From the NCBI GenBank assembly GCA_028868715.1, contig JAGWUB010000001.1, positions 53,480 through 117,479 of the forward strand: DNA of 64,000 nt, in the 5' to 3' direction. The DNA comes from Patescibacteria group bacterium (GTDB lineage Bacteria > Patescibacteriota > Minisyncoccia > Phycocordibacterales > UBA9973). Positions 45,933-55,666 of the stretch are shown piece after piece; position 1 is the stretch's first letter; every line of letters starts with the position of its first letter. Below the pieces are notes generated by a model. The model saw nothing but the letters and a program-made list of their open reading frames with translations. It made no database searches and had not been told where the DNA came from. A program made the position numbers and the translations under genes.

Positions 45933-47930
45933 ATGAGCTTCGAAAATAAAACAACTCAAAAATTAATTTCCGCTCTCTTAATTATTTTGACTCTGATACC
46001 GACTGTTTTAATCTTTGTGCCAAAACAAGTAACTGCGCAGGGGCTCCCTGTGACCGCTTTTTGCCCCACCGCAACAAACCCTCAAGCTGTGTGTGCAAGT
46101 GAGGGCACTTCGTTTTGGCATAAAATTCTAACAGGTATGGTGGTTGGTACTAGTGCTACAACTGCAACAAATACAACTAAAGAAATAGTCACTGAGGCTT
46201 TAAAAGAAATCGTCCGAGTCGCGGCGCAAAGGTTGCTCGCGCAAATGACTCAAAGTACCGTAAACTGGATAAATACTGGCTTTCACGGAGCGCCACTTTT
46301 TGTGGAAAATCCTGGATCTTTCTTTGCTGATATAGGTAAAACCGAACTAAGAGACTTCGTAAATATAGTAGGCTATGACAGTGTTAATCAGCCTTTTGGT
46401 AAAAGCTTTGCTTTAAATGCTATAAATAGTTACCGAAGCACCTTTGCCAACAATGCCCAATACTCTTTTAGTAAAGTCACAAATGATCCTGTTTTGCTCA
46501 ATCACTTGAGGACAAATTTTAGCACCGGTGGTTGGGATGCATTTTTAATAAATAGTCAATTCCCTCAAAACAATTACCTCGGGTCTCAAATGATATATAC
46601 CGATGAACTGGCTAGAAGGTTGAGTGGCACAAATCCGACTCAAACAGATATAATCAAACAAACCTTGGCTCAAGGACAAGGATTCCTATCTCCACAGAAA
46701 TGTTTGACTAACCCTGATTATAATAATCTCAATAATCAATTTCATAAACCAACTTTCAAGTGTTCACCACCGACAGAAGATTGTAGTAATGACCCCACTG
46801 GCAACTGTGTTAGTCGTGAAATTATACGATGCAAGAGGGAAGAGTCTACTTGGGATGCAACCAATTTTTGTCCAAACAACCCAGCAGACGGAACTCCCGG
46901 CTTAGTAAATACTACTCCTGGATCAGTGGTAGCTTCATCTATAATGAAAGCGGTAAATGTGCCCATCGACAAAGCAACATTGGCTGGGACAGTGGGTAAT
47001 AGTTTGACTGATGGCTTGTCCGCTATTTTTGATGCCTTACTAAATAAACTAGTCTCTTCTGGATTAAATGCAATTACAAATCCAACGCACAACACAAACA
47101 GTGCTAATAATTCTACAAACAACGTAGCTGGCACAGGCTTTGACTGGACTGGAGCGGGGCAAACAGTAGCGCTTGGCACATTTAAAACAGATGTCCAAAC
47201 AGCAATAAACAGCGCCAACCAAGAGCTTAAATTGATAGACAATACTGATACAAATACTCCTGGAATTTTACAAATATTTAACCAAATTTGGCCAAAAACC
47301 GGAGAACTAGATATGTGCTTACCGGGACCAAACATTGGATGGGAAAATAGAGTAGATACAGACATACAAAATTCAAATGCGAATCCAACAACAATAGCTC
47401 CCGTAATAACTTCATTTAAAACATGGGTAACTAATAAGATGAGGGCAGAACTTCCAGACTCAAAAAACTTTTTGAGTACGGTTAATTCTATTGCCGAAGT
47501 AAATAAACAAGCGACTGACTTAAACAATAGGGAAAGTACAATAATAAATACTTTAACAAAACTTCAATCAATACAGGATGAATTGAGTGGTATAACCACT
47601 CAGCCAGACGCAGGCTCGGGGAGCGACACAGCTTTGACAAATTTGAAGCAAAGATATGATGGAATGCTGGTAGACCTATCTAGTCCTATCACTGTAGCTG
47701 ATATGCGAAATAAATTGGCTGACGCCAAAGACAACTTAACCAACTTGGGCACGCTCATTACACAATGCACCACAGAGCGAACTGCAAAAGGCTGGGCAAA
47801 CCCCGGAGGAGCAGATAGTGTGTTTAATAATTCCAGTACCGAAAAAAATGTATTTTGTAATTCGTACCCAAGTGTGCCAGTATCTTGTGATGCAGTTTTC
47901 CAGACTAGTGCAGAAGATTACAAAAAATAA
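45933..47930 (+). CDS. Large secreted or membrane-anchored protein (665 aa), hypothetical; a T4SS-associated surface component.
   Basis: N-terminal signal/TM LISALLIILTLIPTVLIFVP. It is Cys-containing and Thr/Asn-rich. No enzymatic motif. Confidence 0.5.
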   Translation: MSFENKTTQKLISALLIILTLIPTVLIFVPKQVTAQGLPVTAFCPTATNPQAVCASEGTSFWHKILTGMVVGTSATTATNTTKEIVTEALKEIVRVAAQRLLAQMTQSTVNWINTGFHGAPLFVENPGSFFADIGKTELRDFVNIVGYDSVNQPFGKSFALNAINSYRSTFANNAQYSFSKVTNDPVLLNHLRTNFSTGGWDAFLINSQFPQNNYLGSQMIYTDELARRLSGTNPTQTDIIKQTLAQGQGFLSPQKCLTNPDYNNLNNQFHKPTFKCSPPTEDCSNDPTGNCVSREIIRCKREESTWDATNFCPNNPADGTPGLVNTTPGSVVASSIMKAVNVPIDKATLAGTVGNSLTDGLSAIFDALLNKLVSSGLNAITNPTHNTNSANNSTNNVAGTGFDWTGAGQTVALGTFKTDVQTAINSANQELKLIDNTDTNTPGILQIFNQIWPKTGELDMCLPGPNIGWENRVDTDIQNSNANPTTIAPVITSFKTWVTNKMRAELPDSKNFLSTVNSIAEVNKQATDLNNRESTIINTLTKLQSIQDELSGITTQPDAGSGSDTALTNLKQRYDGMLVDLSSPITVADMRNKLADAKDNLTNLGTLITQCTTERTAKGWANPGGADSVFNNSSTEKNVFCNSYPSVPVSCDAVFQTSAEDYKK

Positions 47931-47935
47931 TTTAA

Positions 47936-50374
47936 ATGCGAAAAATACTTAAAAAATTAATTACGGCTGGTTTCATAGCCATCATACTAGTTGGACTGTT
48001 TAGCTCGCCAGCTAAAACTCAAGCGCAGACGGGATCACCAACAAAAGGAACCTGCACTATAACAGATACTAGTGAACGCCCTCCTATTGTTTCTAATGTA
48101 CCAAATCAAACATTTGATCAATGTACTGGACTAAAACCAACAACAGGTAATGTTGCTTGGGCAGCAGATGGTGGTGGAGCAACCGTAAATGCAGCACCAG
48201 CGGGTCCGACAGGAACTTGTACTACAGTTGATACAAGAGACACTGTAGATAAAACTCAATACCCAACTGGAGCTACAACCGTAGCAAAAACTACTCAAGC
48301 AGATTGTACAAAAATGAACCAACCTGGCCTAGTGGCAACTTGGACAGCAGATGCGACTGACAGCACTAGTAATATGTTTAAGCAGTGCTCACTTGATGGA
48401 AATTTTAGTATTGATAAATGTACCGTGTATGTTCTTTATATTATTTTTTATGAATTACCTGCTTACATTTTATGGTTAACGGCCTATATATTTAACGCCT
48501 CCATACCTTTAACTATCGGCACTGTTTTGTATCATAATAATTTTTTACCGGAAGCATGGAGAATCGTACGAGACTTTTCAAACATATTCTTTATCTTGGT
48601 GTTGCTATACGTGGCAATCAAAATGATTTTAGGGTTCGGTGGAGGAGAAGTAAAGAAAATGGTTGTGAACGTCGTGATCGCTGCCCTTCTCATCAACTTC
48701 AGCATGTTTATGACTGAAGTAGTAATTGATTCTTCAAATATTTTAGCTTTAATTTTTTATAATAAAATTACTGTGAATCCTGCTCAAACCAGTACCGAGA
48801 GTGATACCCCATATTACCCAACTTTAAATAAAGACAAAACGGCTATTGAAGAAAAGGATATTGCGGGCGGGATAGTAAAAGGTTTTGATATAACCAAATT
48901 TCTTAGCCCTGATTCAGTAACTCTACAAGTGGGCGACAAGCCTGCGGGTAGCGCTATGGCCACTGCGAAAAACACAGCGACTGGTACTGTGATCGGATCA
49001 ATTTTTGGACCCCTAGGTGGAGTCGCTGGGGGAGCTATCGGTTATTTATTTTCTGCTTCGGCATCAGGGAATCAAACTGGTCTTCAAGTAGCCATAATCT
49101 TCACGGCGTGCGCTGTGTTCCTAATGGCATCTTGGGCTTTTCTAATAGCCGGATTTGCATTTTTGGGAAGATTAATTGAACTTTGGATTTTAATTATCTT
49201 TTCACCTTTTGCTTTAATGTCTTTTTCTGTACCAAGATTAAAAAGTATAAAATTTTTAGGTTGGGATGCTTGGCTAGAGCGCTTGATGCATACTGCTTTT
49301 ATGGCGCCAATTTTTATGTTTTTCTTGTTACTGATATCAAAACTGGTACAAATAGATATCTTGGGCGGACTAACAAATACAGATAAGCCACCTTCAATTG
49401 CTCATGCATTACTTATCCTTGCAATTCCAGCAATAATATATCTGACCATGCTTTACAAAGCCACTGAGTATGCCAAAAAAAATGCGGGCGAATTTGGGGC
49501 AGCGGTAGTCAAGTATGGAGAAATGGCGGCAGTGGCTGTAGGTGGGTTGGCATTGGGTGCAGCGTCTGGAGGAACATCGATGGCAGCTACGGCAACTATT
49601 GGTAGAGCTGGTGCTGCTGCTGCTAATTCAGGGTGGGCTAAAAAATGGGAATCAAAAGGGTGGGGTGGTGAATACTTTAGGAGAGCAGCTACAGCTGTTG
49701 GCTCATCAAGCTTCGATGTTCGTGGAATAAAAATAGGAGGTAAAGCTTTGGGAACAACTATAGGAGCTGGTGAAGGAAGAAAAGATGGATTTACAGAAAG
49801 AAGGAAAAAACAAGTAGAAAATAGACAAAAGAGAGCTAAGGATCTTGAGGTTGGAGAGGATGAGCCATTAAAACAAAAGTTAAATAATTCAGAAAATGAC
49901 TTACAGCAAATGATGAATAAGGTTGCAAGAGATTTTGAAATAATCGATAAAGACTTGGAAGGTCAAAGACAAAAGAAAAACGATGCTGTAGTTGGGTCAA
50001 TTGAAGAAGCGACAGCTTCGAGAGAAATTGAGAGATTAAATAATATAAAGAGAGATATAAATGATGGCAAGGCCTTTAATTATGTAGATAGTGCTGGCGG
50101 TATTCATAATGTAAGTTCTACAACTGTAATAGGGGGAGATAATAATGGAAAAACTATAAAACAAATGCAAAGAGAAGTAATTCCTGAACAAAAAAATGAT
50201 GTAACAAAAGAAAATAGAGCAAGAAAATGGACTTACGCAGATACCACGCGAAGTAAGTTTGGGCAGGCAAAAAGTTTTGTGTTCAGTGGTGGAACACATA
50301 GTTTTGCAGGAGCACATGAAGCTGCTCACGCCATAATAATGGAAGCAAAATTGCCAGACAATGTGGCAAAATAA
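47936..50374 (+). CDS. VirB6/TrbL-like polytopic membrane protein (812 aa). It has an N-terminal secreted Thr-rich domain, then ~6-8 TM helices, then a charged C-terminal region.
   Basis: Signal peptide. A hydrophobic core YVLYIIFYELPAYILWLTAYIFNASIPLTIGTVL...FFILVLLYVAIKMILGF...VVIAALLINFSMFMTEVVIDSS...IIFTACAVFLMASWAFLIAGFAFLGRLIELWILIIFSPFALM is typical of TrbL/VirB6-type channel subunits. The call rests on architecture and context only. Confidence 0.5.
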   Translation: MRKILKKLITAGFIAIILVGLFSSPAKTQAQTGSPTKGTCTITDTSERPPIVSNVPNQTFDQCTGLKPTTGNVAWAADGGGATVNAAPAGPTGTCTTVDTRDTVDKTQYPTGATTVAKTTQADCTKMNQPGLVATWTADATDSTSNMFKQCSLDGNFSIDKCTVYVLYIIFYELPAYILWLTAYIFNASIPLTIGTVLYHNNFLPEAWRIVRDFSNIFFILVLLYVAIKMILGFGGGEVKKMVVNVVIAALLINFSMFMTEVVIDSSNILALIFYNKITVNPAQTSTESDTPYYPTLNKDKTAIEEKDIAGGIVKGFDITKFLSPDSVTLQVGDKPAGSAMATAKNTATGTVIGSIFGPLGGVAGGAIGYLFSASASGNQTGLQVAIIFTACAVFLMASWAFLIAGFAFLGRLIELWILIIFSPFALMSFSVPRLKSIKFLGWDAWLERLMHTAFMAPIFMFFLLLISKLVQIDILGGLTNTDKPPSIAHALLILAIPAIIYLTMLYKATEYAKKNAGEFGAAVVKYGEMAAVAVGGLALGAASGGTSMAATATIGRAGAAAANSGWAKKWESKGWGGEYFRRAATAVGSSSFDVRGIKIGGKALGTTIGAGEGRKDGFTERRKKQVENRQKRAKDLEVGEDEPLKQKLNNSENDLQQMMNKVARDFEIIDKDLEGQRQKKNDAVVGSIEEATASREIERLNNIKRDINDGKAFNYVDSAGGIHNVSSTTVIGGDNNGKTIKQMQREVIPEQKNDVTKENRARKWTYADTTRSKFGQAKSFVFSGGTHSFAGAHEAAHAIIMEAKLPDNVAK

Positions 50375-50383
50375 AATAAATTT

Positions 50384-50878
50384 ATGACAGAAAAATTACA
50401 ACAAATAATTAAGAGAGAGGTAGCAAAGTTGCCAAAATATACCCAGGAAGCAATAACTTCCTTGGATTGGGGAAATGTTATAGAACAAATCGGTAAAAAA
50501 TATTCTTTTAATGAGAGTGAGTTAAATGATCTACATGTACAGACATTACTGGTGTTGATAGGCCTTACAGACCCTAATTTATATGCAAAAAATATAGAGA
50601 ATGAAGTAGGTACTACTAAAGATGAAGCAGAAAAAATTGCAAGTGAAGCGTTTGAAAAAATATTTGAGCCAATCAACAATATTTTAGAAGAAAAGATTAA
50701 GAAAAATATGAAAGATAAAAAAACAGATGTGGTACAAAACGTTAATTTCATTCTTTCTGGCGGAGATTATTCTGTTTTTGTAGATGATGCAAATGTGGGC
50801 TCTCTTAATAGCCAAAAAACTGATAAACTAATAGGTACTTCAAATATTTTGGAAACAAAAAAAAGGTTAATAGATTAA
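50384..50878 (+). CDS. Small soluble hypothetical protein, member 1 of a tandem paralog pair.
   Basis: Shares LP...ITSLDW...GKKY.F.E.EL..L...TLL.L.GL..P with the next ORF. Confidence 0.4.
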   Translation: MTEKLQQIIKREVAKLPKYTQEAITSLDWGNVIEQIGKKYSFNESELNDLHVQTLLVLIGLTDPNLYAKNIENEVGTTKDEAEKIASEAFEKIFEPINNILEEKIKKNMKDKKTDVVQNVNFILSGGDYSVFVDDANVGSLNSQKTDKLIGTSNILETKKRLID

Positions 50879-50888
50879 TTAAATTTAT

Positions 50889-51599
50889 ATGGAAAATAAC
50901 ACAGTAGATTTATTACAAATAAAAATAGAGAATGCTAAAAAACAATTGCCGGATGAGACTGTGAATGCGATCGCAGCGGTTGATTGGAAAGCGGCCATTC
51001 TAAGTTTGCGAGAAAAGAAAGGATACAATTTTGAACAGCTTGGAGATTTGGAACTAGAAACAGAATTACTCTTGTGCGGACTTGCCAGCCCAGCAGAATA
51101 TCCTAAAGAATTGCAAAATAGAATGAGAATTTCTAAGGCAGAAACAGATGAATTGGTAAACGACATGAATATTTTGGTTTTTAATAAAATAAAAGAAGAA
51201 ATGATTAAAAATTCAGAAAGAAGAAAAGTATTTGAAAAGAAAGCCGAACCCATTAGAGCCAACGAAGTAGTGCAGGGATCCTCTGCCGCTGGTGGGATGG
51301 AGATAAATAAAACAGAAAATACCGTCCTAAAATCAGCTGGGATAGAAGTTATCAAGCCTGAAATTACAAGTGGAGAAAAACCAGTAGAAAGCAGAGAAGC
51401 TATCTTGAAAAAAGTTGAAAATCCAGAAACCCCAAAAGCACAATCCATGTTGGCGCAAAAAATTATGAGTTCAGTGCAAACACCAATAGTAAAAACAGAG
51501 CATACCCTAGAAAATATTTCAGGCAATAAAGGAGAGGTCGTAACACCAATAAAAAATCAGCCATTAAAAGTAGATCCGTATCGAGAATTACCCGAATAA
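50889..51599 (+). CDS. Small soluble hypothetical protein, member 2 of the tandem paralog pair, with a longer C-terminal tail.
   Basis: Its N-terminal ~110 aa align by eye with 50384..50878 (LPDETVNAIAAVDWKAAILSLREKKGYNFEQLGDLELETELLLCGLASP). Confidence 0.4.
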   Translation: MENNTVDLLQIKIENAKKQLPDETVNAIAAVDWKAAILSLREKKGYNFEQLGDLELETELLLCGLASPAEYPKELQNRMRISKAETDELVNDMNILVFNKIKEEMIKNSERRKVFEKKAEPIRANEVVQGSSAAGGMEINKTENTVLKSAGIEVIKPEITSGEKPVESREAILKKVENPETPKAQSMLAQKIMSSVQTPIVKTEHTLENISGNKGEVVTPIKNQPLKVDPYRELPE

Positions 51600-51612
51600 G
51601 GTGTAAATAATT

Positions 51613-52038
51613 ATGCAGTTTAAAGTTCCACAATTTTTAGAAATAGAAGACAAAATTTTTGGCCCATTTACTTTTCGGGAGTTTGTTTACTTGGTGGGTG
51701 GGGGAGGAATGTGCTTTGTAGTCTATAAATTACTGGGGCTTGTCTGGGGAGCGATACCTATCTTGGCCATTGCTGGATTTGCCGGAATGCTTACTTTTTA
51801 CCGCCCAAACAATAAACCCTTTATAGACATGCTGGAAGCTGGTTTTAAGTATGGGTTTCAAAGTAAACTGTATATCTGGAAAAGACGTCAGATTAAAGTT
51901 GCCAAAAATAAAGCTCCAGTGGTGGTTGAGGACAAAAATATAGCCATGAGAGAAAATGTAAAGTTAAGTGGTAATAAATTGCGAGACTTAGCTTGGAGTT
52001 TAGATGTTTTGGATTTAAAAAAGGAAGGTAATAATTAG
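51613..52038 (+). CDS. PrgI/VirB3-like small two-TM membrane protein, sited directly upstream of VirB4.
   Basis: 141 aa with two adjacent TM helices FVYLVGGGGMCFVVYKLLGLVWGAIPILAIAGFAGMLTFY. The position immediately 5' of a VirB4 homolog is typical of PrgI/VirB3-family proteins. Confidence 0.45.
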   Translation: MQFKVPQFLEIEDKIFGPFTFREFVYLVGGGGMCFVVYKLLGLVWGAIPILAIAGFAGMLTFYRPNNKPFIDMLEAGFKYGFQSKLYIWKRRQIKVAKNKAPVVVEDKNIAMRENVKLSGNKLRDLAWSLDVLDLKKEGNN

Positions 52039-52106
52039 ACCTTAGGCACTAGGCTCTAGCGAGAAAGCTAAAGCCTAACGCCTAGAGCCTAGAGCCCTAG
52101 AAAAAT

Positions 52107-52748
52107 ATGGCATTAAATGCAAAAGCAACTCAAGAGTTTGTACCGATAAAGGAGGTGCGCGACGGAACCATCGTGTTAAAAGATGGTGGCCTGCGGGCTA
52201 TTGTCTTGGCTAATTCAGTCAATCTTTCTTTGAAATCTGATGATGAACAGCGAGCAACGATACTTCAATTTCAAAACTTTTTAAATACTTTAGACTTTGC
52301 TATCCAAATATCAGTGCAATCAAGAAGATTGGACATTCGTCCTTATCTTTTGCTGTTAGAAAATAGAATCAAAGTCCAAAATGAACCTCTTCTAAAAATA
52401 CAAACAAAGGAATATATAGAATTTGTCAGAAGCTTTACCGAGTCGGTAAATATAATGACCAAAACTTTTTTTATTGTGGTACCTTATACCCACACGGTAT
52501 TAAAATCAGATTCTGGGGTTTTGGGAAAACTATTCAAGAGAAGCAGTAAGGAAGAGAAAAAAATTGAAAAAGAGGAGGATTTTGAAGAAAAAAAATCCCA
52601 GCTAGAACAGAGAGTGGGGGTGATACAACAAGGCCTTAGCCGTTGTGGCATAAAATCAGCCAGATTGGGTACTGAAGAAGTAGTGGAAGTTTTTTATAAG
52701 GTTTTCAATCCCGGAGAAGTGGAAGGAAAAATTAAACTTGAACAATAA
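52107..52748 (+). CDS. VirB4/TraE-family ATPase, N-terminal domain, encoded as a separate ORF.
   Basis: ATQEFVPIKEVRDGTIVLKDGGLRAIVLANSVNLSLKSDDEQ matches the conserved N-terminus of Gram-positive-type VirB4 proteins (PrgJ/TcpF/Orf16-like). TAA at 52746-52748 is followed 2 nt later by the ATG of the next ORF. Confidence 0.6.
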   Translation: MALNAKATQEFVPIKEVRDGTIVLKDGGLRAIVLANSVNLSLKSDDEQRATILQFQNFLNTLDFAIQISVQSRRLDIRPYLLLLENRIKVQNEPLLKIQTKEYIEFVRSFTESVNIMTKTFFIVVPYTHTVLKSDSGVLGKLFKRSSKEEKKIEKEEDFEEKKSQLEQRVGVIQQGLSRCGIKSARLGTEEVVEVFYKVFNPGEVEGKIKLEQ

Positions 52749-52750
52749 TT

Positions 52751-54625
52751 ATGATGGATTTTTTTAAAAAATTATTTGGTGGAAAAAATGTGCGGCCGAG
52801 CTTGGACGCTAGGCACGCGGGTGATAGTGGTATGCAAGCCACGGTAATGCCCGTCTTGCCGGAAGAAATCTATGAATCAGCCAGCATAGAATTGCAAGAC
52901 ATCATCGCTCCATCAGCTCTTAAAATTGAATCGAAATCAATAAACCTAGGAGAAAAGATAGCTCGTACTTTTTTTATAATATCTTATCCGAGGTTTTTAA
53001 CTGATAACTGGTTTTCTCCAATAATTAATTTGGATAAAGTTTTTGATATCTCAATCTTCATTCATCCGATAGATACTTCGCTAGCGCTAAGACAGTTTCA
53101 GAAAAAGGTTGCTGAAGTGCAAAGTCAGATAAATGTTCGTGAGAAAAAGGGTATGGTGCGTGACCCAATGCTGGATACTGCTTATCAAGATTTAGAAGGA
53201 TTGCGTGACAATTTGATCCAAGCGCAAGAAAAAATGTTTGATATGGGTATATATATCACTATTTATGCCGACAACGAGATGGAGCTTTTCAAAGTTGAGA
53301 ATGAGATAAAATCAATGCTGGAGTCCAGACTCATATATATCAAACCGGCCCTTTTCCAACAAGAAGAAGGTTTTAAAAGTATCATTCCGATAAATACTGA
53401 CCTGTTAAATATTCACCAAAAATTAAATTCAGAGCCGTTATCCAGTATTTTTCCTTTTGTTTCTTTTGACCTAACTTCAGATACTGGTATCCTCTACGGA
53501 ATAAACAGGCACAACTCAAGTTTAGTTATTTTTGATAGATTTTCTTTGGAAAACTACAACTCGGTAACCTTTGCTAAGTCTGGATCAGGAAAATCTTATG
53601 CGACTAAGCTGGAAATTTTGAGATCTCTGATGTTTGATATTGATGTCATGGTCATAGACCCAGAGCGGGAATATGAATTCTTGTCTGAAGCCGTCGGTGG
53701 AAGATATTTTAATATTTCTCTTTCAAGTGACCACCATATGAACCCTTTTGACCTGCCTATCCCTCGTGAGGATGAAACTGCCGAAGATGTGCTCCGATCA
53801 AATATTATAAACCTAGTCGGACTGTTTAGATTAATGCTCGGAGGACTAACCCCCGAAGAAGATTCACTGGTTGATCGCGCTATCTCAGAAACCTATGCGA
53901 TGAAAGATATAACTCCAGAATCAGATTTTTCAAACATTGAACCTCCACTGCTTTCTGACTTTGAAATGGTTCTCTCGGGCATGGAAGGAGCCGACTCTGT
54001 AGTTTCTAGGTTGGCAAAATATACTCATGGTTCTTGGGCAACATTTTTGAATAGACCAAGTAATGTAGATATTAATAAAAAATTCGTAGTATTTTCTATC
54101 CGCGACATGGAAGACGAATTAAAGCCAGTGGCAATGTATATCATCATGCATTTTATCTGGAATGCTATCCGTAAAAATCTAAAGAAGCGTCTCCTGGTGG
54201 TGGACGAAGCTTGGTGGATGATGAAATCCGAAGACACAGCATCCTTCTTGTATTCTATGGCAAAAAGAGGCAGAAAATACTATTTAGGACTTGCTACTAT
54301 CACCCAAGATGCGGCGGACTTTATGAAATCTCCCTATGGCATACCGATAGTTACCAACTCTTCTATACAAATTCTTTTAAAACAATCGCCAACCACCATA
54401 GACATACTACAAAAAACATTTAATTTAACGGATGAAGAAAAATATTTACTTTTGGAGTCTGGGGTAGGTGAAGGTATTTTCTTTGCAGGCCTAAAACATG
54501 TGGCTATCAAAGTCGTGGCCTCATATACGGAAGACCAAATCATAACTTCTGACCCATCACAAATATTGTTAAACCGAAAAGCAAAGGAAGATTATGAAAC
54601 AGCGGTAAAGGACGGGAAACTTTAA
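52751..54625 (+). CDS. VirB4-family type IV secretion ATPase, central and C-terminal ATPase domains.
   Basis: Walker A FAKSGSGKSYATK, Walker B LLVVDEAWWMM, and a C-terminal region typical of VirB4/TrsE/CagE. Confidence 0.85.
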   Translation: MMDFFKKLFGGKNVRPSLDARHAGDSGMQATVMPVLPEEIYESASIELQDIIAPSALKIESKSINLGEKIARTFFIISYPRFLTDNWFSPIINLDKVFDISIFIHPIDTSLALRQFQKKVAEVQSQINVREKKGMVRDPMLDTAYQDLEGLRDNLIQAQEKMFDMGIYITIYADNEMELFKVENEIKSMLESRLIYIKPALFQQEEGFKSIIPINTDLLNIHQKLNSEPLSSIFPFVSFDLTSDTGILYGINRHNSSLVIFDRFSLENYNSVTFAKSGSGKSYATKLEILRSLMFDIDVMVIDPEREYEFLSEAVGGRYFNISLSSDHHMNPFDLPIPREDETAEDVLRSNIINLVGLFRLMLGGLTPEEDSLVDRAISETYAMKDITPESDFSNIEPPLLSDFEMVLSGMEGADSVVSRLAKYTHGSWATFLNRPSNVDINKKFVVFSIRDMEDELKPVAMYIIMHFIWNAIRKNLKKRLLVVDEAWWMMKSEDTASFLYSMAKRGRKYYLGLATITQDAADFMKSPYGIPIVTNSSIQILLKQSPTTIDILQKTFNLTDEEKYLLLESGVGEGIFFAGLKHVAIKVVASYTEDQIITSDPSQILLNRKAKEDYETAVKDGKL

Positions 54626-54679
54626 GGCAAGAAAGTGGGTTCTGGGCGGTAGTTATTAGAAAATGATACAATTATTGTT

Positions 54680-55666
54680 ATGAAGTTAAAAGTTTTATCA
54701 TATTTAGGAATCGGATTGGCAATACTTGTAATAATAGTATCTATTTCACCGTTCCAAACGCGGGCAGCCGTCTCACCGAGCGCTATCTCTGTAGATATAA
54801 TGCCACTTAATCCCGCTGCGGGAGAAAGTACGACGATTGCCTTGGGTAGTTTCGCTACTAATTTAGATAGTGTCTCAATATCTTGGTATGTAAATGGTAA
54901 AAAAGTTTCTGCTGGAATTGGAATGAAAACATTTTCGGTCAACGCACCCGCAACTGGCTCATCGACTACGGTTCGAGCTGTAGTGTCTTTGGTAGATGGG
55001 GATATAGAAAAAAAAGTAGTGATAAGCCCCAATGTGATGGTCTTGCTATATCAAGCAACTGACTCATATGTACCGCCATTTTATCGCGGTAAGGCATTGC
55101 CGACAGTTGGAAGTGACATAAAGGTGGTAGCTATGCCTGAAGCAAAAAATATTTCTCCTCAAAATATGCTTTACGCTTGGAAAAGAAATTACACAAATGA
55201 TGCGACTGGATCTGGCTATGGCAAGAATTCTCTTACTTATACGAATGATTACTTATCAAACTCGGACAACGTTTCAGTGACAGTTTCTTCAATCGATGGA
55301 AAATATTCATCAGAGGCAAGCCTTGATATCGGACCAACCCAACCGAAAATATCTTTTTATAAAAACGACACTTTGCTCGGGACATTGTGGGAACAAGCCC
55401 TCACAGATGGACACATGGTAAAAGGTGATGAAGTGATGGTGGCAGAACCATATTTTATTTCACCGAAAGAATTGTGGAATCCAAGCTTGGTGTGGAATTG
55501 GTATATTAATGATAGCCTGACGGATAATACATCAAGCATTCATAAAAACTGGCTACCAATAAAGATAGAAGGGGGATCAACAGGAACTTCTGCTTTGAGA
55601 TTAGATATTAGTAGTAACGACCAAATTTTAGAAACAGCTAGTAAGCAAATAAATGTCACATTTTAA
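54680..55666 (+). CDS. Secreted hypothetical protein with repeated Ig-like beta-rich segments; T4SS-associated.
   Basis: Signal peptide MKLKVLSYLGIGLAILVIIVSISPFQTRA. No catalytic motif. Confidence 0.45.
   Translation: MKLKVLSYLGIGLAILVIIVSISPFQTRAAVSPSAISVDIMPLNPAAGESTTIALGSFATNLDSVSISWYVNGKKVSAGIGMKTFSVNAPATGSSTTVRAVVSLVDGDIEKKVVISPNVMVLLYQATDSYVPPFYRGKALPTVGSDIKVVAMPEAKNISPQNMLYAWKRNYTNDATGSGYGKNSLTYTNDYLSNSDNVSVTVSSIDGKYSSEASLDIGPTQPKISFYKNDTLLGTLWEQALTDGHMVKGDEVMVAEPYFISPKELWNPSLVWNWYINDSLTDNTSSIHKNWLPIKIEGGSTGTSALRLDISSNDQILETASKQINVTF

Noticed and set aside
46742-47527. 261-aa minus-strand ORF
   Set aside because: It is antisense to the 665-aa signal-peptide protein, which fits the co-directional operon; the minus-strand ORF has no features.
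50885-51526. 213-aa minus-strand ORF
   Set aside because: It is antisense to 50889-51599. The plus-strand ORF has a clear paralog upstream with the same orientation.
54622-55032. 136-aa minus-strand ORF
   Set aside because: It is antisense to the N-terminus of 54680-55666, which carries a convincing signal peptide and sits in the plus-strand block.
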